Under the pieces are notes generated by a model. It did not search any database. It had not been told where the DNA came from and saw only the letters and a program-made list of their open reading frames with translations. Below, piece after piece: positions 27,367 through 37,000 of a DNA stretch of 64,000 nt. The DNA is from Patescibacteria group bacterium. Lineage in GTDB: Bacteria > Patescibacteriota > Minisyncoccia > Phycocordibacterales > CAIZLB01. The translations under genes were made by a program, and so were the position numbers. Each line of letters begins with the position of its first letter. Position 1 is the first letter of the stretch. Location of the stretch: the NCBI GenBank assembly GCA_040384865.1, contig JAZKIM010000004.1, forward strand, positions 75,974 through 139,973, read 5' to 3'.

Positions 27367-28203
27367 CTACTTTTTTGCCTCGTTGAGGCCGACGATGAAC
27401 TTGGTCATCTCCTCGAGTTGTTTGGAGGTTGTTCGACAACCGGCGAAGGCTTGGCTTTCTGGATTGCCAAATCCTTTGCCACCACCCCATCCGTCGAACT
27501 TTTCCTTCACAGCCTTGCAGATGTCGCCAGGCCCGAAGTAATTGAGTTCGTAGGGAACGTCGTCGTAGGCATCGCTTTCCAGGTACATGTCGAGTTCGCC
27601 TTCGTGGGCAAGCGTCAGACAACGCACCAGAAGGTTTTCTTTACCGTTCGGCCAGGTCTGAAAAAGACGATCGGTAACCGGTGAGCACTTGTTGCTGTAA
27701 CGCAGGTTGACGATGACGACACCACCGCGTTCCACGCGATTGGAGATGCTGTGTTCAGCTTCCTCCTCCATTTGATTCGTCACACCCTGCGCTTGGCGGT
27801 CGGCGAGACGGATTCCGTAAATTTCGTCGTCGGTTGCCCCCATTTCAAGCATTGCAGGAATGTAGCCAGAATCATTCGCGGCGACGAGTTCATCGTGCCG
27901 AAAAGGTTTCACTCCGATCCATTTTAGGACCTGCAGGATCGAGGCGGGTTCGCCAGAGCGATTGCCGTGGTGATTAATGTCGCCGACGGGTTCACAGAGC
28001 TGAGTGTCAAACTCGAGTTCGACGCAGACTGGCGTGATCCCTTGCTGCAATGCCTCGTCGATCTCAGAGGCATAATCCGAAGTCTTGGCGCCCCAGTCGA
28101 GGCCTTTGTCTGCGAAGGGAATGCTGTGTTCCTGCAGTCGCTGACGGATGGTCAGCATTTCGAGGTCATGGCCTCCCAAGAAGAACATGTATTTCATTTT
28201 CAA
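27367..28203 (-). CDS. Hypothetical protein, GC-rich (possibly a metal-dependent hydrolase; unassigned)
   Basis: 278 aa, longest ORF in a ~55% GC segment; N-terminal YMFFLGGHDLEM and later INHHGN motifs. Antisense ORFs at 27289-27684 and 27967-28350 are considered by-products of the high GC. Confidence 0.5.
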   Translation of the reverse strand: MKMKYMFFLGGHDLEMLTIRQRLQEHSIPFADKGLDWGAKTSDYASEIDEALQQGITPVCVELEFDTQLCEPVGDINHHGNRSGEPASILQVLKWIGVKPFRHDELVAANDSGYIPAMLEMGATDDEIYGIRLADRQAQGVTNQMEEEAEHSISNRVERGGVVIVNLRYSNKCSPVTDRLFQTWPNGKENLLVRCLTLAHEGELDMYLESDAYDDVPYELNYFGPGDICKAVKEKFDGWGGGKGFGNPESQAFAGCRTTSKQLEEMTKFIVGLNEAKK

Positions 28204-28368
28204 AGGTCCAGCTTAGAAGTACGAGTGATTGATAATATTCACTCATCCAGTTTGTGGTTTAGGATGCCTAAGGGCAGCTTCAGGGCTAGTTCGGGTCTTA
28301 CAGTACCACTTAATCCGTATTACGTCAAATACAAAAAAATGCGGAATTAACGTATACTAAAAACACTC

Positions 28369-29370
28369 ATGGATATTAAATTTAAGGGAAAAATTGAGAG
28401 TTTAATAGCGGAAATAAAGAGTAGATACGATTTACGTTTTATTGATATTGGTTTAGAAAAAGGTGCAAAGTTCTATATTTTTGGAGGAGTACTTCGAGAT
28501 ATGATTTTGGATAAACCATGGAAAGAGATTGACGTTCGAGTTTTTATAAACGAACCATATCCAAAGAGAGATGATGTGATGGAACAGATATTAAGCGAGG
28601 CAGGTATTAATATTTCTTCAAAAATCCCTTTTGGTGAATCATTTACTGTATATAGATTTGTTCCACCTAATAGTAAGTCTAAGGTAGATATTGATCTTAG
28701 TGTTATAAGTAAAGACTTTTCTGTCGGCCCTGATTTTACGATTAATGGATTATATTTGGATTTTGTAACTCATGAATTAATTGATCCACATAATGCTATT
28801 CAAGCTATAGAAGAAAAAGTTATCAAGACGGCGCTGGAGCCAATACAACAATTTAAGAATGAACCCTGGATGATATTCAGAGCTGTTAAAGCGGCGTGTC
28901 AATTTGATTTTAATATAGAGCAAAAAACATTGCAGGGGATGAAAGTCAATGCATCACTTGCAGAAGGAATGATGCAATCAATCGTTGATAAGAGTATGGG
29001 AGGAATGACAGAATGGCTCCTTGGAAACATGCTTCGAGGTCTTAAATATAACGCAAAGAAATTTGTTGATATTTGGAATGAGACCGGGATTACCCTTATT
29101 TTTGTAAAGTTTATTGCGAAGAATTATGGGAGTACCTCGAATGACATTAAAATTACGAATCCTTTTGTGTTGGGGAGACATGACGGTTTTGAAGATAACT
29201 TAAATATATTTTTCAGTGAGGTATCAGTTGCTGTAGATAAAGAAAATCCTGAAAAAGTATTCCGCAAGATATTAGATTTGTTCGAAATAGATAAGCCGAA
29301 ACAGTTTGAGGATTTTATAATCGATCCTTCGAAGCTGAGGTTTATTAAAAATATAGATATTTTGGTTTGA
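28369..29370 (+). CDS. Pol-beta superfamily nucleotidyltransferase with PolyA_pol/CCA-type head domain
   Basis: IFGGVLRDMILDKPWKEIDVRVF = GG-x-[VL]RD ... [DE]h[DE] motif of class II CCA-adding/poly(A) polymerase heads; 333 aa, AT-rich. Confidence 0.55.
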   Translation: MDIKFKGKIESLIAEIKSRYDLRFIDIGLEKGAKFYIFGGVLRDMILDKPWKEIDVRVFINEPYPKRDDVMEQILSEAGINISSKIPFGESFTVYRFVPPNSKSKVDIDLSVISKDFSVGPDFTINGLYLDFVTHELIDPHNAIQAIEEKVIKTALEPIQQFKNEPWMIFRAVKAACQFDFNIEQKTLQGMKVNASLAEGMMQSIVDKSMGGMTEWLLGNMLRGLKYNAKKFVDIWNETGITLIFVKFIAKNYGSTSNDIKITNPFVLGRHDGFEDNLNIFFSEVSVAVDKENPEKVFRKILDLFEIDKPKQFEDFIIDPSKLRFIKNIDILV

Positions 29371-29441
29371 TATACTTTCCATATGAAAAGCCCACCAGTT
29401 TGAGGTCCTTGTGGGAGCTTTCACTTGTGAGGCGTAAACCG

Positions 29442-29987
29442 TTAAACTTTGAGTGCGGCCTGATCGAGTAGATTGATGAGCGCACTTCTCGCAAAGCCCC
29501 ATGTAGAGGCTAGTTCGTCGAAGTGGTACACGATTCTGTTTCCACGAGGATCAAAGTGTCCATCGGGGCAGCTTCGCAGGTCATCCATTGATTGCTCTGC
29601 GCGGAGTCCAAAGTAATCCCAACCTTTGAATGTTTGCAGCAGGGCAACCTTGAATTTACCGCTCAACATCTTGTACATGAGACAGACTGCTTGATAATTT
29701 TTTGCTCGTGGAGAGGGGCAGTCCGTTGTGATATCGAACGCAGCGACGGGAGTGAGATTGACCCACGCCTCATCGTCAAAGAGTTCAATGCGTGCCAATT
29801 TACCGACTCTAATCTTTCTCATTTGGAATAAATTGTTGTGCTGGATTTCCAGCGGGGTTTGTGTGCTTTGTTTGGCGGTATGATACCGAAAAAGGCTCTG
29901 TTTGACAACTCTTAAAAGTCCTTGTACTTTAAGGTCAGATTTCCGAATCGATAATTCAAAACCAAACCTCAACCGGAACCTTACCAA
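29442..29987 (-). CDS. Hypothetical protein (GC-rich, uncertain ORF; TTG start as drawn)
   Basis: 181 aa ORF in the GC-rich block, diverging from the radical-SAM gene; no motif recognised. Confidence 0.3.
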   Translation of the reverse strand: MVRFRLRFGFELSIRKSDLKVQGLLRVVKQSLFRYHTAKQSTQTPLEIQHNNLFQMRKIRVGKLARIELFDDEAWVNLTPVAAFDITTDCPSPRAKNYQAVCLMYKMLSGKFKVALLQTFKGWDYFGLRAEQSMDDLRSCPDGHFDPRGNRIVYHFDELASTWGFARSALINLLDQAALKV

Positions 29988-31831
29988 TGAAATATTCCCT
30001 CATCGCGCCACTTATGGTGGCGCTCCTCATTAAGCTGGAAGTCTTGGAAACACTTCCTGACTTTTCGTCCTGGTCTGACCCGACAAAGGTCCGCTGGAGC
30101 GAAGAACAGAACACCTACCTCGACCATTCTTTGGAAGGGGAACACTGGGCGCTTTGCGCAATCTTGTCCAGCGGCAAGCGGATGTCGGAACCGACAAAGG
30201 TTCCGATGAAAAAGTCACTTGCACTGACAATCCGCACCGACCTCTTTTATCGCAAGACCACTTATATTGCGGTAACCATGCTCGGTATGGTGCGTTCGAT
30301 CGAACGCAAACAGTCGCGGCGACTCGTACTCGTGAATGTTGAGCAGATGCTTAACGAACAGGCCGGTGATCTACAGCAATATCGCGTATGGCCACACCTC
30401 GGCCTCATCTTCGTCGGCACAGTTGCCGACGAAGAAGGGTACGAAGTCGTCATCTGGGACGAATACGCTAAAGGCAATGTGCCTTTGGAAAAACTCGTTC
30501 AGGAAGGCGACATCGTCGGCCTCAGTCTCGTTGTCACCGGAATGGATCGCGGTATGATGCTCGCACGCCGGGCCAAAGAACTTGGCGCAGCCTGTGTCAT
30601 CGCCGGGAATGACTCGGCGATCTTCCGTGCTAACCAGGTGATGGCTCAAAATGATCGACCGATCGACGCGGTCTTCACGACAAACAGTCTGACCGCGGTC
30701 AGGCAGTTTCTGCGAGAAATTGGCAGAACGCCGATCGAAGAGCTCGACATCCCAGGTGTTCAGATGACAGCGCGTGGCGAAGTGCGTTCAAACGAACGTG
30801 ATCAACTGCTCATCGAACAAGAAGCTCGAAAGAGCAGCGAGTTCAATAGTGACGACGTGTTCGTTGTGCCGAAGTTGGAGCTCTACCCGCACTGGGAAGA
30901 GCTATGGACTAACTACCGCGCGACCTTCGGTCACAAGCACTCGAACCCGAAGACGGTGAAGAATGCAATTTCTCTCTTTGCCCAAGGGTGTACTCGCACC
31001 CGCGGTAGTGATGTGTGTCTTTACTGCACCATCGCCGGCGTCGCAGATTTGCGTACGCCGTCGGAAGAAATTGTTCGACGCACCATTGAAGCGTACGATA
31101 AGTTCGGTATCGACATGCTCTACAACGCGACAGATAGCGTTTATGAAATGGCGAAAGTCGTGAGTCAGCTCCAGAGGCTCGGTGCTTCGTGGAAGTCGAT
31201 GACGATCTACGGCCGAGCACAAGGTATCGCTCGTGCCCCACACCTCATTGAAGAATGGCAAAAAGTTGCGACGGAGCGACTACTCGTTAACGTCGGAATG
31301 GATTCCGGCAGTGACGAGATTCTTCATAAGGGGATCGTTAAATCTTCGACTGATGTGCTGGGCAGCCGTCTTGCTGAAAACCGAAACGCGGTGAAGTACA
31401 TTCGACAGTCTGGTGCGCATCTGCACTACTCACTCATCTTCGGTTCACCTGGAGAGACACTCGAAACGTGCGAAAGTAGCATCGAGTTTCTCGAATGGAC
31501 GATCGAGGTTCTTGGTAGTCAGCTCGACATCTGCGAGACCGACGTCTTCTGGCTGAACTTCGGTTCGCCGGCAAGCCGGATATTCCGTGAGTATGCGTTC
31601 GCCGTGTACCTTGCGAGTCTCGCGGGGAAGACAATCGAGCGCGATGAGTGGCAGCGGGATTTTGCGCAGTATGCTAACGAACTTGTTGTGCCACAGTCAG
31701 TGGAGGAGTCGTGGTATCGCCACTTCACCAACATCGAGTACGAGACGGCGCAGTTGTTCAATCAGCGTGCGGCCGAGATCATGTCGCGACACACGGGGAG
31801 TATTAGGGGGCGAGCCTTTAGGCCTGCCTAA
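29987..31831 (+). CDS. Cobalamin-binding-domain radical-SAM-like enzyme (class B rSAM-like, non-canonical Cys spacing)
   Basis: 614 aa. The N-terminal half resembles a B12-binding Rossmann domain (GLIFVGTVADEEGYEVVIWDE ... VGLSLVVTG ... CVIAGNDSAI). The central AQGCTRTRGSDVCLYCT motif gives C-x8-C-x2-C spacing, followed by a NVGMDSGSDEIL (GxESGS-like) motif. Confidence 0.5.
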   Translation: MKYSLIAPLMVALLIKLEVLETLPDFSSWSDPTKVRWSEEQNTYLDHSLEGEHWALCAILSSGKRMSEPTKVPMKKSLALTIRTDLFYRKTTYIAVTMLGMVRSIERKQSRRLVLVNVEQMLNEQAGDLQQYRVWPHLGLIFVGTVADEEGYEVVIWDEYAKGNVPLEKLVQEGDIVGLSLVVTGMDRGMMLARRAKELGAACVIAGNDSAIFRANQVMAQNDRPIDAVFTTNSLTAVRQFLREIGRTPIEELDIPGVQMTARGEVRSNERDQLLIEQEARKSSEFNSDDVFVVPKLELYPHWEELWTNYRATFGHKHSNPKTVKNAISLFAQGCTRTRGSDVCLYCTIAGVADLRTPSEEIVRRTIEAYDKFGIDMLYNATDSVYEMAKVVSQLQRLGASWKSMTIYGRAQGIARAPHLIEEWQKVATERLLVNVGMDSGSDEILHKGIVKSSTDVLGSRLAENRNAVKYIRQSGAHLHYSLIFGSPGETLETCESSIEFLEWTIEVLGSQLDICETDVFWLNFGSPASRIFREYAFAVYLASLAGKTIERDEWQRDFAQYANELVVPQSVEESWYRHFTNIEYETAQLFNQRAAEIMSRHTGSIRGRAFRPA

Positions 31832-31925
31832 GAGGACAAGCTCCTTAGAAAACAGCGGGGCCTTCAACGAAAGTTGGAGGTCCTGTTTTTATATAAAAAC
31901 GCAGCCACCCCTTTCAGGATGGCCG

Positions 31926-32780
31926 CTATGTTTTTTGCCCCTCAGACTTCACAACCCAACGGCTGAGGTAGCCGGTCGCAATGAGTGCGACTATGACCCC
32001 ACCCCACTGAAGTGGTGATAGTTTCTCACCGAGCAGTATTCCCGCGACGATGATCACCGCAAGGGTTTCACCTTGAGCAAGGACGCTTGCCACTTCGACG
32101 GGCAAATTGTCGAAGGCGACGAGATTTGCCAGCCAGTAGAGGAAACCACCGACGAAGGCAAAGGCGATGATCGCCAACCGCAGTTCAGCGTTTTCGTTGA
32201 CTGCCGACCAGGAAGCGTCGAGACTTCCGATGACTCCGATTGTGCCAATGCCGACTGATCCCCAAAAGCATCGATGCATCGAGGATGACTTTGCCCGTAC
32301 GATCAGCTCGTACAGGATACCGTTCGTGGCGGTAGCGAGGAGACTCCAGAGCAATCCGGTCATATTGAAGTTTCCGTTCCAGCGGGCGGCGATGATACCG
32401 CTCAGCATAAGACAGAAACAAATGATCGGCGCAGTGGAAACCTTTTTGCCAAAGATCCAGGCAATGAAGAAGTTCACTGCCGGAGTCGTTGCGATGATGA
32501 TAATCGTTGGTCCCGCGCCCCACTCGCGAATGCCTTTGAATAGGCCGAGTGATGCGAAGGGGACGCAGAGCGCGATCAAGTACGTGTACTTGTCGGTGGT
32601 TGCGACCCGTCCGCGCAGGAGTAGGAACGCGAGAATGGCGGTGAGCCAGCCGCGCATTGCGAGCAACTGTTCGGGTGTTTGTGACTTCAGTACATTGACG
32701 AAAGGAAGGGCAAGCCCCGCTGTTAGCCAAATACCGATGACTCCGAGGAGCCCGAGAGAGACATGGTGTTTGGGGCGCAC
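31926..32780 (-). CDS. EamA/DMT-superfamily transporter
   Basis: 284 aa with ~10 TM helices in two repeated halves; GC-rich. Confidence 0.65.
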   Translation of the reverse strand: MRPKHHVSLGLLGVIGIWLTAGLALPFVNVLKSQTPEQLLAMRGWLTAILAFLLLRGRVATTDKYTYLIALCVPFASLGLFKGIREWGAGPTIIIIATTPAVNFFIAWIFGKKVSTAPIICFCLMLSGIIAARWNGNFNMTGLLWSLLATATNGILYELIVRAKSSSMHRCFWGSVGIGTIGVIGSLDASWSAVNENAELRLAIIAFAFVGGFLYWLANLVAFDNLPVEVASVLAQGETLAVIIVAGILLGEKLSPLQWGGVIVALIATGYLSRWVVKSEGQKT

Positions 32781-32965
32781 GAGAGCACCTCCTTTCTTGT
32801 TAAAATTGTTTTGAGCAAGGTTACGCGAATGCGTGCCTGGGGCTATAGTGCAATAAAATTAAGATTTTGTACAGATGCAAAATATGGAGGTTATTAGACC
32901 AGGTTAGAGCCTCTTTTGATAAGGATTGATTTAATTATATAAATAGTTGATGATATAAAATACTT

Positions 32966-33826
32966 ATGACAAGTCACGAATCTATAAATCGTTTTGATGT
33001 GGGTGATAACGGAGAGATAAGAGAAAGACTCTCTATAATTCAAGAGTCAGTGAGAGAAATTCAAGAAACTTATCCAGAGGTTGTCGGTTTCCTCATGTTT
33101 GGTTCAATGGTAAAAGGTTATGCAACTGAAGAAAGTGATATCGATGGAAGAATCATAATTGATGTAGAGCAGATTCATGATAAAAATTCTAATACAGTGA
33201 CTGTTATAGGGTGGAGGTCATTAAAAAATGATGCCGGTGCCTTATCAGTAAAAGAAAGAGGATTGAGCCCTTCTAGTATTCACGCCCGCTTTGAAGACGC
33301 CACAAAGAAAAGATATGAAGATTTGATAAAAGATAAATTTAAGTTGGGTATATCAAAATTAAGTGATGAACAGGTTAGACACATAGAAGCTTTACCTATA
33401 TCTTTCGAAGCTCTCGATAAAATATTAAAGATTTGGAGAGATAATGTTGCGGAGTTCAAGGCGATAGAGGATGCGGATAAAAAGATCAGGAAAAAGCATA
33501 AAAAAGAAGAACTGTCTGATGAGGATATGGCTTTTTTGATGCGAGAGAAGAGTTTTAAACTTCCAGAAAAAAACATACAGGCTTCAGAATATCTTTCGCA
33601 ACTATTCTTTTTAAGTGTCGGTTCGAGTAATATTCGTCCTTACCGTGCCTATATTATTAAGAAGCTTTTTTCTTACGGAGAAATTGGGAAAGAAATGTGG
33701 ACACATATTATTAGCTATACAGAAATTATGGAAAGAAGGCTGGTGGATGAAGAGAAAAAAGAAGGTGAGGCTCTCAGCGTAAAATATCCCAGAACACTGG
33801 AAGATGCGAAGTATATTTATGGTTAA
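32966..33826 (+). CDS. Pol-beta superfamily nucleotidyltransferase (minimal NTase / CD-NTase-like fold)
   Basis: FGSMVKGYATEESDIDGRI = G[GS]-x10-DxD nucleotidyltransferase signature; 286 aa; AT-rich; immediately upstream of the 1219-aa ORF on the same strand. Confidence 0.55.
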   Translation: MTSHESINRFDVGDNGEIRERLSIIQESVREIQETYPEVVGFLMFGSMVKGYATEESDIDGRIIIDVEQIHDKNSNTVTVIGWRSLKNDAGALSVKERGLSPSSIHARFEDATKKRYEDLIKDKFKLGISKLSDEQVRHIEALPISFEALDKILKIWRDNVAEFKAIEDADKKIRKKHKKEELSDEDMAFLMREKSFKLPEKNIQASEYLSQLFFLSVGSSNIRPYRAYIIKKLFSYGEIGKEMWTHIISYTEIMERRLVDEEKKEGEALSVKYPRTLEDAKYIYG

Positions 33827-34038
33827 TTTTGGACAGGGTGGAAAATTTATCAAACCGATTAATAGAGATATGGGAGTTTATTTAAAGGTGAAATAATACT
33901 TTGGAAGCATCGTCAGTGTCGTAAATGAAAAACCTGTTATATGGATACCTTTAGCGAAAAAGAAGGTATTAAAGGAGGAAAATGGGTGGTAGAGAGGTTA
34001 AAATAACCCTAACTAGTCGGTTTAGAAGTTGAAAGATA

Positions 34039-37000
34039 ATGCGGTATCATATAACCTATAATATGCCTGAAAGAGTTAAATTGCATAAAGAGAATGTTGA
34101 ACCTGTCGAAGGTCAGCCTATCGGAAAAAATGAGGATGTTATTGTCGATTCTGTAGAAGTAGAATCCTTACGTGAAGCGAAAGTGTTGAAGGAAAAAATT
34201 CACAAGCTCCATATTGAGGCAGAGATGATCAAATTAAATATTGCGAACCTAACTTCTGGATACGAAGGTAAGGGTGATTCAGAAGGAGGAAATGATCAAG
34301 ATCCTGAGATGCCCCAGCAAAAGGCCGAGGATCTTTTGAAAAAGGTAGATGGGCTTTTTGATACAAAAGGTAAAAAGCCAAATACTGATTTAAGTCCAGA
34401 GGATTTTATAAAACAAGCCACAAGTATTCTTCCGCAGTTGGATGTAGCGTATAGCTACTATCTGTTTAAAAAAGAACAACTAGACAAAAGAGAGCAGGTT
34501 TTAGTTTTAGAAATAAAAGAAGCCGAGAAACATATTGTAAATAGAGCCTCGTTTAAAGATAAGGCATTAAACTTTCTTTCTGATAAAAAAGCTAAAAATA
34601 AGTTGGATCAGCTAAGAAAAGAAAAAAATGACGTTGGTCTTGATAGTTTTCATACTTATAACCACAGGAACGCTGTGTATGCAAAAAGAAGATCTTTGAT
34701 AGAGAATACAAGTGAGGTTCTTTCAGGGCAAGTTGCAACGAGCATTCAAAAATTAGCTGTGGAGTATTTTGATTTATTTAATTCCTCTCCAGAAATAACA
34801 GCATTGCAAAAGACAGCAATAATTGAATATGTGCGTTCACAGCTTCAGGAGGATGATCCACACGATGTAATGGATGAAGTTACCAATTCCGCTTCTGATT
34901 TGATTGAAAGCAGGAGATCTTCAAGAGAGGACTTTGTATCTCATAAATTATATAAGACAGGTGATAGAAAAGATTTATCTGGCCCTTTATACTACGCCCT
35001 CATGCGCATTGAAAGCTCTGGCGCTGATAAGTATGTTATTCAAAGGATCGTTGGATTTGATTTTGGAAAAAAAGTTGAGGAAATTTGTGAACCATTAAGA
35101 TGGGCTCGCGTAAGTTCTAGAGAAATAATTAATCAGTGTCGTGATATAAAGCAACTGGATCAAAAAGTAAGGGATTTCCTTTTTTCAATTAGTGGTGATT
35201 TATCCCATCACGATATCCTTAGAATATGGGAGACTGCGAGAGACAATAAAGCTTTTCAAGTAGCTTTTGGCAAAAGTATTCAGGAAATTAATACCGTAAC
35301 TCAAACCTGCCAAATAAATGACAAATTTTCACCTGATCACTTACCAAGAGATCTTTATCATAAATTAGTTTTAAACCTCCCACTCCATCAGTTTAATGCA
35401 GAGCTTGTTAAGGCCGTAAATGAAGGAAGGGTTACTGCAGAGGCTGTAATGAATATGCCAGATGAAATCCCTGATCTTTTGGATAACAGCGAAGGGCTAC
35501 TTGCACAAATGATGAAAGCTCCAGAGATTTTTCTTGCTTCTAAAGAAGCAGCATCATATTCAAGAGATCTGAAATCAAAATATGGAAAAAATACAGGAGC
35601 ATTAAGGGTCGCCATGTCATATCTTAAACCAAACAATACGCTGGAATCTAAAGATGCAATCTTGAAGCTGCCCAAAAAGTATCCTGGACTCATAAACACT
35701 GAAGAGAAAGAAAGTTCGAAGCTTTTGAGTCTTGTTTTTGAAAACCATGAAATATTCTTCCCACCAAGTGAACCCATCGCCCTTGCTAATAGAATAGGAG
35801 GGACGTATGGGATACAGGCGGAGAGAATTCTTAATGGATACATTGAGTGTGCTAAAGCCGGGGTTGTTTCAGGAGAACAAACAGCTATTGTTATAGAATT
35901 TTTAGAAAACTTCAGAGTAATTTCTCCGGCGATATTGAAAGGTTACATTGAAGCTAAAAAGCTTAATCAAGAAGAACTGTATATTGCGGAACTTAAGTCC
36001 GCTGCTGAAAAAATGGTTAGCTCTGAAATAATTTCTGAAGAACAAAGATCCAAAGAATACTACGATGATTTAATTAAGCACGTATATCCTAAAAACTCTG
36101 CAAACTTTGGTGGTTATGAGCAATCCAAGCTTTGTTCTGATAGATCAGCGGATTTAGAAAAATACAAAGTAAAAAAAAGATATGAAATAGACCTTTTTGC
36201 TTCGGGGCGAATCGATATGAAAGAGGGTGAAACTTTAAATGAAGAAAAAGTTGGAAAGGTTAAGAACGACATCCTTGCGATCCAAAGAATTTTTGAATCG
36301 GTTGAATATGACCCTGCGAAAATGATTGAACTAGTTGAGGCGAGAATAAATGAATTGTACGTCGGAGAAAATGCTGAGCTAGGAAGAGAAGAAAAACTCT
36401 TCATAATATTGGCAGAAACACTTTATGGGAATTCATCTTTAGATAGAGATATGGTAAAGCAACTGGTTGTAACTTATGAATTTGCTTTAAATGAGGACGT
36501 AAGAGATTACATAAAGGGAACTAGTGATCGAGTTGCTTCAGCATCAAATAAGGATTATGCCCTGTTGTGTGAATTAAATGAATTTTATAACGACCGAATT
36601 AAGGAGGTTTACAGAAGAATCACGGAAAAAGCGTATGTTTCAGAGCATATACAGCAGGCAATGCCTCGATACTTTGAAATGTTGGTGCAACAAAAAGAGC
36701 AGGGTAGAAGTAAGGAATCTATCGATAAACTTCAGCTTGATAAGCTCGGTATGTCTCCGGGATTTATATCACAAATAAAAAAGGCTTTAAAAAAGAGAAA
36801 TGGAAAGGAATATACAGATGAACAAGTAAAGAAAATTATATCCGCATATGAAAGAGTAGCGGGTGGTTTAACAGGAAAGAAATCGGAGTCCAGGAAATCG
36901 GGAACACAAGCGATTTACGGACAGTTAAAATCTCAAAGGGATAAAACTCGCAACGCTGTTAAAGAATTGACAGGCGAAGAGATTAATCCCGAGGAGCTTT

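Noticed and set aside
27289-28350. Plus-strand ORFs (131 aa, 127 aa, 60 aa, 88 aa) overlapping the 278-aa minus-strand gene
   Set aside because: Typical antisense open frames in a ~55% GC segment. The 278-aa minus-strand ORF is the longest and has protein-like motifs.
30030-32730. Numerous 60-180-aa ORFs on both strands inside the radical-SAM and EamA genes
   Set aside because: High-GC artefacts; each is nested inside a much longer ORF with coherent domain content.
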